From contig JBKECO010000031.1 of assembly GCA_047974745.1 (NCBI GenBank), forward strand, positions 33,478-97,477: 64,000 nt of DNA, written 5' to 3'. Shown piece by piece: positions 55,718-64,000 of this stretch (within the stretch, counting starts at the first letter, position 1; each line of letters begins with the position of its first letter). Position numbers and translations under genes: made by a program. Origin of the DNA: Lachnospiraceae bacterium (GTDB lineage Bacteria > Bacillota > Clostridia > Lachnospirales > Lachnospiraceae). The notes under the pieces were generated by a model. It searched no databases. It had not been told where the DNA came from and saw only the letters and a list, made by a program, of their open reading frames with translations.

Positions 55718-58021
55718 CTATCCCGTTGTTCTTTCAATGTCGATCACACTCTCGACCTGACGGATCTTATCGACTAAAGAAGTCAGATCACTTCTTCCTT
55801 TTATGCTAAACGAAATATCGATCGTTGCAATGCCCTGTTTGCTGGTCTTTGAATGAATGCTGTTGATATCAATGTCACGTTCTGTAAATATCCTTGTGAG
55901 ATCCACAAGAAGTCCTGTCCTATTATTACCATAGATCTTGACTTCCGCATTGTACAGGCCATTCGTACCTTCTTCTGCACCAGTTTGCCACTCAGCTTCA
56001 ATCAGACGATTTTGATCGATCTCTGAGAGATTGATCACATTGATACAATCCGTTCTGTGTATGGAGACCCCTCGGCCTCTGGTCACAAATCCAACAATTT
56101 CGTCTCCCGGAACCGGGCTGCAGCATTTTGAAAAATGGACAGCGATGTCAAACAATCCCTTGACGATAATTCCGCTCTTAGAGCGAATTGGCTCTGGCTT
56201 TTCACGGCTGCTATCTGTGATCGCTTCTAATATTTCCTGATCTGTGATCTGTGTTACATGATCTTTTTTGTACTCCTCATACAGTCGGTTCACGATCTGA
56301 CTCTCTTTTAGACCTCCATGCCCCACCGTTGCCAGAGCAGAGTTCCAGTCATGAAAACCATATTTATTTAAAATTTTATTCTGATACTGAGATTTGTTGA
56401 TATCTGAAAGGCTGATTCCCTTTGATTTTGCATATTGCGCAATCAGCTCTTTACCATGTTGAATGTTCTCTTCTTTCAGCTCGCTTCTGAACCACTGATT
56501 GATCTTGGTCTTCGCCTGGGTGCTTTTCACGATATTGAGCCAGTCCCTGCTGGGACCCCTTGAATTTTGTGATGTAACGATTTCGATCCGATCCCCGTTC
56601 TGGATCACATAATCGATTGTCACAAGCTTTCCATTTACCTTTGCCCCGATCATTTTATTACCAACCGCAGAATGAATACTGTAAGCAAAGTCGATCGGTG
56701 TCGAGCCATTGGGCAGATTTTTGACATCCCCAGAAGGCGTAAAGCAAAAAACGGTATCGGAAAAAAGATCGAGATCACTTTTTAGCAGACTCATAAATTC
56801 TTTATTGTCAGACATATCTCTCTGCCATTCCAGAATCTGTTTCAGCCAGCTCAGCTTCTCTTCTTCCTGACTCGCATTATTAGAATTGCCGCCTTCTTTA
56901 TATTTCCAGTGAGCTGCGATTCCATACTCTGCAGTTCGATGCATCTCATAGGTTCTGATCTGTATCTCAAATGGCTGTCCTGTCGGTCCGATCAGGGTCG
57001 TATGCAGGGACTGATACATATTCGGCTTTGGCATCGCAATATAATCTTTAAATCTGCCAGGAATCGGCTTGTATTTCTCATGAATCACGCCTAGTGCTGC
57101 GTAACAGTCTTTCACGGATTTGACGATTATACGGATTGCGAACAAGTCATAGATCTGGTCGATCGTCTTTTCCTGATTTACCATTTTCTTATAAATGGAG
57201 AAAAAGTGCTTTGCACGACCATCGATTTCAGCTGTGATTCCAGCCTGTCCAATGACTTCCTTTACTTCATCCACTAATGACTGTACATAGTCATCTCTGA
57301 TATATTTTCTGACAGCTACTTTTTCAACCAGGTCATAATATGCTTCCGGCTCCAAATATTTAAGGGAGAGATCATCCAGTTCTGTCTTGATTCTTGAAAT
57401 ACCAAGACGCTGTGCGATCGGTGCGTAGATGTCCATTGTCTCTCTGGCTTTTTCTTTCTGCTTCTCTGGTTTCATATACTTCAATGTCCGCATATTATGA
57501 AGACGGTCAGCGAGCTTGATCAAAATGACACGGATATCCTTTGCCATTGCCAGAAACATTTTCCGCAGGTTCTCTGCCTGGACTTCAACCTTGTCTGCAT
57601 CATAGGACAACTGCCCCAGTTTTGTCACTCCATCCACCAGCAGTGCCACTTCTTTATTAAATTCCTTTGTGATTTCCTCCTCGGTCATGATGGTATCTTC
57701 AACCACATCATGAAGAAGTCCTGCAACTATGGTCTCCTTATCTAATTCTAGATCAGCGAGTATGATAGCAACACAAAGAGGGTGAATGATATAAGGTTCA
57801 CCCGATTTTCGCACTTGTCCCTTGTGTGCGTTTTCCGCAATATGGTAGGCTTTTTCAATCAGGGAGGTATCGGTGGAGGGATGATATTTTAATACACTAT
57901 GGATCAATTCCTCATACAATTTCTCCGGTGACTGAAAATCCTGCATCTCACGCAGTCTGTCCTCAATGGAGCAATACTGACGTTCCAGTTGTTCTAATTC
58001 CAGGGATGATACTTCTGCCAT
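55718..58021 (-). CDS. relA: Bifunctional (p)ppGpp synthetase/hydrolase (RelA/SpoT homologue)
   Basis: It has an HD hydrolase domain (HPLCVA, LLHDVVEDT), a synthetase domain (YQSLHTT, EIQIRT), and TGS and ACT domains. An alternative ATG is at 58075. Confidence 0.92.
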   Translation of the reverse strand: MAEVSSLELEQLERQYCSIEDRLREMQDFQSPEKLYEELIHSVLKYHPSTDTSLIEKAYHIAENAHKGQVRKSGEPYIIHPLCVAIILADLELDKETIVAGLLHDVVEDTIMTEEEITKEFNKEVALLVDGVTKLGQLSYDADKVEVQAENLRKMFLAMAKDIRVILIKLADRLHNMRTLKYMKPEKQKEKARETMDIYAPIAQRLGISRIKTELDDLSLKYLEPEAYYDLVEKVAVRKYIRDDYVQSLVDEVKEVIGQAGITAEIDGRAKHFFSIYKKMVNQEKTIDQIYDLFAIRIIVKSVKDCYAALGVIHEKYKPIPGRFKDYIAMPKPNMYQSLHTTLIGPTGQPFEIQIRTYEMHRTAEYGIAAHWKYKEGGNSNNASQEEEKLSWLKQILEWQRDMSDNKEFMSLLKSDLDLFSDTVFCFTPSGDVKNLPNGSTPIDFAYSIHSAVGNKMIGAKVNGKLVTIDYVIQNGDRIEIVTSQNSRGPSRDWLNIVKSTQAKTKINQWFRSELKEENIQHGKELIAQYAKSKGISLSDINKSQYQNKILNKYGFHDWNSALATVGHGGLKESQIVNRLYEEYKKDHVTQITDQEILEAITDSSREKPEPIRSKSGIIVKGLFDIAVHFSKCCSPVPGDEIVGFVTRGRGVSIHRTDCINVINLSEIDQNRLIEAEWQTGAEEGTNGLYNAEVKIYGNNRTGLLVDLTRIFTERDIDINSIHSKTSKQGIATIDISFSIKGRSDLTSLVDKIRQVESVIDIERTTG

Positions 58022-58114
58022 CTTTTCACCAACATTTCGATACTTTACAGGTTTTGTTAATAATGCCACATCCACGAATCATATATTTGTCTATTTTGAT
58101 AAATACAGAGAATA

Positions 58115-58960
58115 TTATAAAGACTTTTCAGAAAAAAAGCAACGACTATGCCTGTTTTTCGTCATCACGTACATGTATTTACATGTTTTTCTTCCATTCC
58201 TATACAGAGTCTCTATTTTTTTGAAACCCAATTTGTCAAGCAGCTTCCCTGACTTAAAGTTGATCGTGTCCGAAAATGCCACGATTTTTCCATATGCAGA
58301 AAGCTTGGTCTCTGCATAAGTTATGATCCCTCTGCAGATTTCTTCCCCGTATCCTAGCTGTCGATACTCCGGTAAGACTGCAAACCCAAGCTCAGGAACC
58401 GGTTCGCCAGCATCCTCTGAAAGGTTGAGACCTGCCCTTGCAATGAGCCCATCTCCTTCTTGTTCAAAAAACAGCCAGTCACCAAATCCATAAAAGCCAT
58501 ACATATACTTTATATATGATTTAAGCTTCTCTTGTTCTGTTTCTTCATCCCCCATCGCATCGCTTACTACTCTGATGTCATATTCCTGATTCATTTGATA
58601 CAGCAGCTGCAGATCCGAAATTCTGATTTCCTGCGCTCTGCATCTCTTGGTCAAAAAAATGGTAACGGGCAGACCATAGAATCTGCGGTAAATATGATTT
58701 AACTCATGCACCCTTACCAAATGAATTGTTTCATATAATAATGCAGCCTCAAACAGTTCCTCCTTCGGAAACAAATCTGACTTTACTGCGACACAGGGAA
58801 GGTTCCATTTTTTTGCCATCGCACAACTGTGATCTGTATATGCAAGTATCAATAGCTTCTTCTCTGATTTTTCCCTCATAGAGCAGATTTTGGGCCAGGA
58901 AACCTCCGGAAGATCTGGACAAATTATTTTTTCAAGCATCTGGTAACTCCAATGATTCAA
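58115..58960 (-). CDS. GNAT-family N-acetyltransferase with an uncharacterised N-terminal domain
   Basis: 281 aa. The C-terminal ~150 aa are RimJ/RimL-like (ELGFAVLPEYRQLGYGEE). Confidence 0.65.
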   Translation of the reverse strand: MNHWSYQMLEKIICPDLPEVSWPKICSMREKSEKKLLILAYTDHSCAMAKKWNLPCVAVKSDLFPKEELFEAALLYETIHLVRVHELNHIYRRFYGLPVTIFLTKRCRAQEIRISDLQLLYQMNQEYDIRVVSDAMGDEETEQEKLKSYIKYMYGFYGFGDWLFFEQEGDGLIARAGLNLSEDAGEPVPELGFAVLPEYRQLGYGEEICRGIITYAETKLSAYGKIVAFSDTINFKSGKLLDKLGFKKIETLYRNGRKTCKYMYVMTKNRHSRCFFSEKSL

Positions 58961-59075
58961 TGGTTATTGTCACTAATCATAGCTTACTTTTACAAGAATG
59001 ACCACAAAAATATTGTGGAACACTCTCATTCCATGATACAATATGGTACGAAAAAAAGAAAAGGAGGATTTACAG

Positions 59076-59597
59076 ATGTCTCAGAATCCAATTGTAACAT
59101 TTGAAATGGAAAGCGGTGCGCTTATCAAAGCAGAGCTCTATCCAGAAATTGCACCCAATACTGTAAATAACTATATTAGTCTGATCAATAAGAATTTTTA
59201 TGATGGTGTTATTTTTCATCGTGTCATCAAAGGCTTTATGATCCAGGGCGGAGATCCGGATGGAAATGGAACCGGTGGTCCGGGATATGGAATCAAAGGG
59301 GAATTTTCCCAGAATGGATTTCAAAATGATTTGTCACATGATGCAGGTATCCTTTCCATGGCTCGTTCCATGATGCCTGACTCCGCAGGAAGCCAGTTCT
59401 TCATCATGCATAAGGACACTCCTTATCTTGATGGCTCTTATGCTGCGTTCGGTAAAGTGACAGAGGGCATGGATGTGGTCAATGCAATTGCAGAGACTTC
59501 GACAGATCACAATGACCGACCAATGGAAATACAAAGAATCAAACATGTGTCAGTGGATACTTTTGGGGAAACGTATCCGGAACCAGAAACCAGATAA
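59076..59597 (+). CDS. ppiB: Cyclophilin-type peptidyl-prolyl cis-trans isomerase
   Basis: The ATG at 59076 follows AAGGAGG. Motifs are FHRVIKGFMIQGGDP and SQFFI. Confidence 0.9.
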   Translation: MSQNPIVTFEMESGALIKAELYPEIAPNTVNNYISLINKNFYDGVIFHRVIKGFMIQGGDPDGNGTGGPGYGIKGEFSQNGFQNDLSHDAGILSMARSMMPDSAGSQFFIMHKDTPYLDGSYAAFGKVTEGMDVVNAIAETSTDHNDRPMEIQRIKHVSVDTFGETYPEPETR

Positions 59598-59618
59598 CTG
59601 AAAATCAAAGGAGAATTT

Positions 59619-61028
59619 ATGAATCAGGATAGAAAACCAATCTATAATGCGAAAGAACTTGGTATGCCAAAAATGCTAATACTGGGTCTTCAGCATATGT
59701 TTGCTATGTTCGGAGCAACTGTTCTTGTGCCAATTTTAGTAAATGGATTTTTTGAAGGTGAAGGACTTTCAGTCCAGGTAACCTTGATCTTTGCAGGTCT
59801 TGGCACCTTATTTTTCCACCTATGCACAAAACTTGAAGTTCCAGCCTTTTTGGGATCTTCCTTTGCCTTCCTGGGTGGATTTGCAACCGTTGCTAATCTG
59901 GATTCCGGAAAATTTGCAGATATGACCATGGGTGAAAAACTCCCCTATGCAACAGGAGGAATCGTTGTAGCTGGTCTTCTGTATCTGGTTCTTGCACTTA
60001 TCGTGAAACTAATCGGAATCGAAAAAGTAATGCGCTTTCTTCCTCCAGTCGTTACAGGTCCAATTATTATCTGTATCGGGCTCTCACTGGCGCCAGTGGC
60101 GATCTCTAGTGCATCTTCCAACTGGATTCTTGCATTGATCGCACTTGTTACCATTATCGTCTTCAACATCTGGGGAAAAGGAATGTTTCGAATTCTGCCG
60201 ATCCTGATGGGTGTTGCAATTTCTTATGCAGCAGCTCTAATCATGAATGCTGCTGGTATGACGAATCCGGACGGCTCAGCGATCATCAGTTTTGCTGGTG
60301 TACAGGCTGCGGGATGGGTCGGACTTCCACCCTTCCAATTTGCAAAATTTGACATTACGCCAATTCTTGTCATGGCTCCCATTGCCCTTGCTACCATGAT
60401 GGAACATGTTGGTGATATCTCTGCTATATCAGCAACTGTAGGTAAGAACTTTATTCAAAAACCAGGATTGCACCGCACCCTGATCGGTGATGGACTTGCC
60501 ACCTCTTTTTCAGCATTGTTCGGTGGTCCTGCAAATACAACTTATGGTGAGAACACAGGTGTACTTGAACTGAGCAAGGTATATGATCCAAAAGTCATTC
60601 GTATCGCTGCATGTTTTGCCATATTTCTGAGCTTTTTTCCTAAATTTGCTGCTGTGATCACCTCATTGCCAGCTGCGATCATTGGAGGTGTCAGCTTCAT
60701 ACTATACGGAATGATTTCAGCGATCGGTATTCGTAATGTGGTAGAAAACCATGTGGATCTTACCAAATCCAGAAATCTTATCATCTCAGCAGTGATCCTT
60801 GTTTCTGGTCTCGGATTTTCAAGTGGAATTACGTTCAATATCGGTCAGACACCAGTTACTTTGACTGGCCTTGCGATAGCTTCTATTGTTGGAGTTGCGT
60901 TAAATGCGATTCTTCCAGGTAAAGACTATGAGTTCGGCATTGATGCAGATGCAGATGAAAACAGTGGAATCGACATGAACCCATTCAGTCATCATTCTTC
61001 ACAGGAGCATCATAAAGGCGAAAAATAA
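59619..61028 (+). CDS. NCS2-family nucleobase:cation symporter (uracil/xanthine permease-like)
   Basis: 469 aa and about 12-14 TM helices, with LGLQHMFAMFGATVLVP and NTTYGENTGV. Confidence 0.85.
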   Translation: MNQDRKPIYNAKELGMPKMLILGLQHMFAMFGATVLVPILVNGFFEGEGLSVQVTLIFAGLGTLFFHLCTKLEVPAFLGSSFAFLGGFATVANLDSGKFADMTMGEKLPYATGGIVVAGLLYLVLALIVKLIGIEKVMRFLPPVVTGPIIICIGLSLAPVAISSASSNWILALIALVTIIVFNIWGKGMFRILPILMGVAISYAAALIMNAAGMTNPDGSAIISFAGVQAAGWVGLPPFQFAKFDITPILVMAPIALATMMEHVGDISAISATVGKNFIQKPGLHRTLIGDGLATSFSALFGGPANTTYGENTGVLELSKVYDPKVIRIAACFAIFLSFFPKFAAVITSLPAAIIGGVSFILYGMISAIGIRNVVENHVDLTKSRNLIISAVILVSGLGFSSGITFNIGQTPVTLTGLAIASIVGVALNAILPGKDYEFGIDADADENSGIDMNPFSHHSSQEHHKGEK

Positions 61029-61041
61029 AATGGATATAAGT

Positions 61042-61081
61042 AAAAAAATGCAGTTCCCAGATGAAGGGGACTGCATTTTTT
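61042..61081. terminator. Bidirectional intrinsic terminator
   Basis: Stem atgcagt(t)ccc / ggg(g)actgcat flanked by AAAAAAA and TTTTTT, between convergent genes. Confidence 0.7.
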
Positions 61082-61092
61082 GATTCAGATAA

Positions 61093-61935
61093 TTACATTT
61101 CCTCTATAGCCTTCACACCTTCAGCTAACTCAGGAACAACAATTTCATGGAAGTTTCCTGCATCTGCTGCTTTAGCGGACTCCGGATCGATGGGAAGCTT
61201 GCCAAGGACCGGAATACCAAGTGATGCTGCCACTTCATTGATCTTGCTCTCACCGAATAAATGTATCATAGTTCCACAATCCGGGCACTTGAGATAGCTG
61301 AAATTTTCCACAACTCCAAGAATCGGAATATGCATCATTTCCGCCATATGATATGCTTTCTTAACGATCATCTGTACCAGCTCCTGTGGTGATGTCACAA
61401 TTACGATTCCATCTACCGGAAGAGACTGAAATACTGTCAATGGTACGTCTCCCGTTCCAGGAGGCATATCAACAAACAAATAGTCCAGCTCTCCCCAGAT
61501 TACATCCGTCCAAAACTGTTTCACTGTACCTGCGATCACCGGACCTCTCCAGATAACAGGTGCTTCTTCATCCTCCACCAGGAGATTCAGGGACATGACT
61601 TTGATACCATTAGCGGCTTCACAAGCATACATGCCCTCCTCTGTACCATATGCAGGTCCCTTTAGACCGAACATCTTTGGTATGGATGGACCAGTAATAT
61701 CTGCGTCCAGAATGCCCACCTGAAAACCTGCATTTTTCATAGCAACTGCTAGTGATGCCGTTACAAAAGACTTACCAACACCACCTTTTCCACTTACAAT
61801 TCCGATTACATTTTTTATGGTCGAGAACTGGTTTGCCGGTTCCCTGAGATCTTTTGGTGCTGATGCACCGGTACATCCCTCACAGCTCTCCTGAGTGCAG
61901 CCTTCTGCGCTGCTGCATGACTGATTTTCTGCCAT
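61093..61935 (-). CDS. Mrp/NBP35-family Fe-S cluster carrier ATPase
   Basis: 280 aa with the deviant Walker A GKGGVGKS and a CPxC motif (CPDC). Confidence 0.88.
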   Translation of the reverse strand: MAENQSCSSAEGCTQESCEGCTGASAPKDLREPANQFSTIKNVIGIVSGKGGVGKSFVTASLAVAMKNAGFQVGILDADITGPSIPKMFGLKGPAYGTEEGMYACEAANGIKVMSLNLLVEDEEAPVIWRGPVIAGTVKQFWTDVIWGELDYLFVDMPPGTGDVPLTVFQSLPVDGIVIVTSPQELVQMIVKKAYHMAEMMHIPILGVVENFSYLKCPDCGTMIHLFGESKINEVAASLGIPVLGKLPIDPESAKAADAGNFHEIVVPELAEGVKAIEEM

Positions 61936-61952
61936 TTTCTATACCTTCTTTC

Positions 61953-63041
61953 TTAATCTGTTGTCAGACATTTTTTTCGTTTGAACAATTCCTTTAGTGA
62001 CTCATCATATGGCGGGTATGCAATCCCGAACTCTGTAATGATTCCTGTGATCAGATCATGATCTGTCACATCGAAGGCAGGGTTATAGACTTTTACTCCT
62101 GCTGGTGCCATTCTCTTTTCATACCACATCTCTGTAATTTCGGAATCGGGTCTTTGTTCGATCTCGATCTCTTCTCCAGTCGCTGTATTCATATCGATCG
62201 TAGATGTAGGTGCACAAATGTACATGGGAACCTGATATTGCTTTGCAACAGCTGCAACGACCGAAGTTCCGATTTTATTTGCAGTATCTCCATTTGCTGC
62301 GACCCTGTCACATCCAACGAACACAACATCCACCCAGCCATTTTTCATGACCATTGCTGACATATTATCACAGATCAGCGTCACGTCCACACCACTGGAC
62401 TGCAGTTCGAATGCGGTCAGTCTGGCTCCCTGTAAGAGTGGTCTGGTTTCATCTGCGTAGACTCTGAATTGATAGCCTTGTTCCTGCCCCAAATAGATCG
62501 GAGCGGTGGCTGTTCCATATTTGCTGGTGGCTAACTGCCCTGCGTTGCAATGGGTCAGGATTCCATCTCCTTTTTTCAAAAGGGAAAGACCATACTCCCC
62601 GATCTTCTGGCAGACAGCGATATCTTCCTCCTGGATGGCGATGGCTTCTTCTTTCAGCCGTTCACATATTTCATTTACTTCCTTGTCTGAATTGCTGGTA
62701 ACAACATCTTCCATCCTATTTAGAGCCCATGAGAGATTGACTGCTGTTGGTCTGGACGAGTCCAGATACTTTCGATACTCTGCAAATTTAAGGTAAAAAA
62801 GAGCATAACTATCTTCATGAATGCCACATGCCAGCACATAAATTCCATATGCTGCTGCTACACCAATCGCCGGTGCACCCCTTACTTTTAGAAGATATAT
62901 GGCATTCCAGATTTCTTCTGCTTCCTTAAGCTCTACAATTTCAATGCTTCCTGGAAGCTTCGTCTGGTCTATGATTCTGACGGAGAGATTCGTTTCGTCA
63001 AGGCTCACAGTCTTATATTCCATTATATTTTTTGTTTCCAT
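61953..63041 (-). CDS. mtnA: S-methyl-5-thioribose-1-phosphate isomerase
   Basis: It is an eIF-2B alpha/beta/delta-like fold with [14 protein letters not shown] and [10 protein letters not shown]. ATGs at 63041 and 63047 are both possible. Confidence 0.88.
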   Translation of the reverse strand: METKNIMEYKTVSLDETNLSVRIIDQTKLPGSIEIVELKEAEEIWNAIYLLKVRGAPAIGVAAAYGIYVLACGIHEDSYALFYLKFAEYRKYLDSSRPTAVNLSWALNRMEDVVTSNSDKEVNEICERLKEEAIAIQEEDIAVCQKIGEYGLSLLKKGDGILTHCNAGQLATSKYGTATAPIYLGQEQGYQFRVYADETRPLLQGARLTAFELQSSGVDVTLICDNMSAMVMKNGWVDVVFVGCDRVAANGDTANKIGTSVVAAVAKQYQVPMYICAPTSTIDMNTATGEEIEIEQRPDSEITEMWYEKRMAPAGVKVYNPAFDVTDHDLITGIITEFGIAYPPYDESLKELFKRKKCLTTD

Positions 63042-63129
63042 ATTCATTCCTTTTTTGCCTGCTATCAAGTTCCAGATACACATTTATTATATAATAGTTG
63101 TCTATTCACTGTAAATAGCTTCATTTTCG

Positions 63130-63158
63130 TTGCATAAATTGATTCCTCATGATAAAAT
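63130..63158 (+). promoter_or_regulatory. Candidate sigma-A promoter for the ECF S-component leader
   Basis: TTGCAT, a 17-nt spacer, then TAAAAT, with a TGn extended -10. Confidence 0.45.
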
Positions 63159-63163
63159 TTCAC

Positions 63164-63240
63164 CAGACAGTATCAATGTGAACTGTACCGGAGTGTAGAG
63201 AGTTTGATTTTTCATAAAGACAGTACCAATCGGACTGTAC
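63164..63240 (+). promoter_or_regulatory. Leader with two near-identical ~25-nt hairpin or dyad elements
   Basis: The first is cAGACAGTAtCAATgtgaACTGTACc at 63164-63189. The second is aAGACAGTAcCAATcggACTGTACt at 63217-63241. Each has an ACAGT/ACTGT stem. Confidence 0.45.
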
Positions 63241-63260
63241 TTATATCAAGCATGTTTTTG

Positions 63261-63290
63261 AACCCGGGCATCTTTATGTCCGGGTTTTTA
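63261..63290 (+). terminator. Intrinsic terminator inside the 5' leader (attenuator) of the ECF S-component gene
   Basis: AACCCGGGCA / TGTCCGGGTT form a stem of about 10 bp with a short loop, followed by TTTTT. It sits 52 nt upstream of the ATG. Confidence 0.7.
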
Positions 63291-63341
63291 AATCACTTTG
63301 ATACTGGAAACTATTGTTTGATTCAAAAAGAGGAAAAGACT

Positions 63342-63947
63342 ATGAAAAAAAAGAAATTATCAACAAAGCAACTGGTAGAGATGGCTCTGCTGATTGCAAT
63401 TATTCTGCTGATGGCTTTTACCCCAATCGGATACATTAGAACACCTGGATTAGAAATTACCCTGATCATAATCCCGGTTGCCATTGGAGCTGTCACATTA
63501 GGGCCTACTGCAGGTGCTATTCTCGGAGCTGTGTTTGGATTGACTAGTTTTATACAATGCTTTGGAATGAGTGTTTTTGGAACAGCACTGCTTCAGATCA
63601 ACCCACTGGCAACATTTGTTGTTACCGTCGTGACCAGAACACTTGTAGGTTGGCTGACAGGTCTGATTTATCTGGCATTCGTCAATCTAAAGGTCAATCG
63701 TGCTGTTTCCGTCATTATTTCGAGCCTGGCTTGTCCATTACTGAATACTTCACTATTTATGAGTGCACTTGTACTATTTTTCTACAATTCAGATTATATT
63801 CAAGGCTTTGCAGATATGATGGGCACTGCGAATGTATTTGCTTTTATCTTTGCCTTTGTCGGTGTCAATGGGCTGATTGAGGCAATTGTCTGCTGTATTG
63901 TGGGCAGTGCAGTGATACGTGCCCTTCAGATCACACTAAAAAACTAA
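63342..63947 (+). CDS. ECF transporter S component (substrate unknown)
   Basis: The ATG at 63342 follows AGAGGAAAAG. The protein is 201 aa with about 6 TM helices, and LVEMALLIAIILLMAFTPIGYI is typical of the family. Confidence 0.75.
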   Translation: MKKKKLSTKQLVEMALLIAIILLMAFTPIGYIRTPGLEITLIIIPVAIGAVTLGPTAGAILGAVFGLTSFIQCFGMSVFGTALLQINPLATFVVTVVTRTLVGWLTGLIYLAFVNLKVNRAVSVIISSLACPLLNTSLFMSALVLFFYNSDYIQGFADMMGTANVFAFIFAFVGVNGLIEAIVCCIVGSAVIRALQITLKN

Positions 63948-64000
63948 TTTTACATCAAATCCAATCGGTATAAAAAAAGAGTATTCCCTTCATTACAGGA

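Noticed and set aside
1-64000. CRISPR arrays, rRNA genes, transposases, integrases and prophage genes
   Set aside because: I looked for regularly spaced direct repeats and for recombinase-like ORFs on both strands. None was found. The only tandem repeat is the 2.5-copy 15-mer at 5348.

Overview
This window looks like chromosomal DNA from a low-GC, strictly anaerobic Firmicute, probably a Clostridia or Lachnospiraceae-like gut organism. The evidence is AGGAGG-type ribosome-binding sites, desulfoferrodoxin, PyrK-dependent dihydroorotate dehydrogenase, HemZ, DegV and ECF S-components. Coding density is high and most genes are on the minus strand. Housekeeping blocks are purD-purN-purM, pyrE, pyrC-pyrK-pyrD, glgP, relA-MBL-hemZ-hisS-aspS, mtnA and one tRNA-Gly(GCC). 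They alternate with accessory modules: (i) three GGDEF proteins; (ii) a redox and sulfur-stress neighbourhood (Crp/Fnr, a four-domain CoADR-rhodanese-TusA-DsrE protein, desulfoferrodoxin, a DtxR-like regulator, hemerythrin, rhodanese) that includes an unusual LDH-RNase H fusion ORF; (iii) a frameshifted chemoreceptor; (iv) a MerR/LysR-controlled aldehyde or electrophile detoxification module lying between pyrE and pyrD. The most interesting region is (v), an ~11.6 kb, 11-gene minus-strand operon at 37748-49317. It encodes a Tad/Flp-like type IV filament machine: a degenerate CpaE/TadZ-like protein, a CpaF-like ATPase and a fused TadB/C-like platform. It also carries four paralogous pilin-like genes with a near-N-terminal EYG motif and no recognisable prepilin leader. 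No prepilin peptidase gene is present in the window. The operon ends in a 1420-aa S8 subtilase with Listeria-Bacteroides-type repeats and a 752-aa LRR/Big_2 surface protein. No CRISPR array, rRNA gene or intact mobile element was seen.
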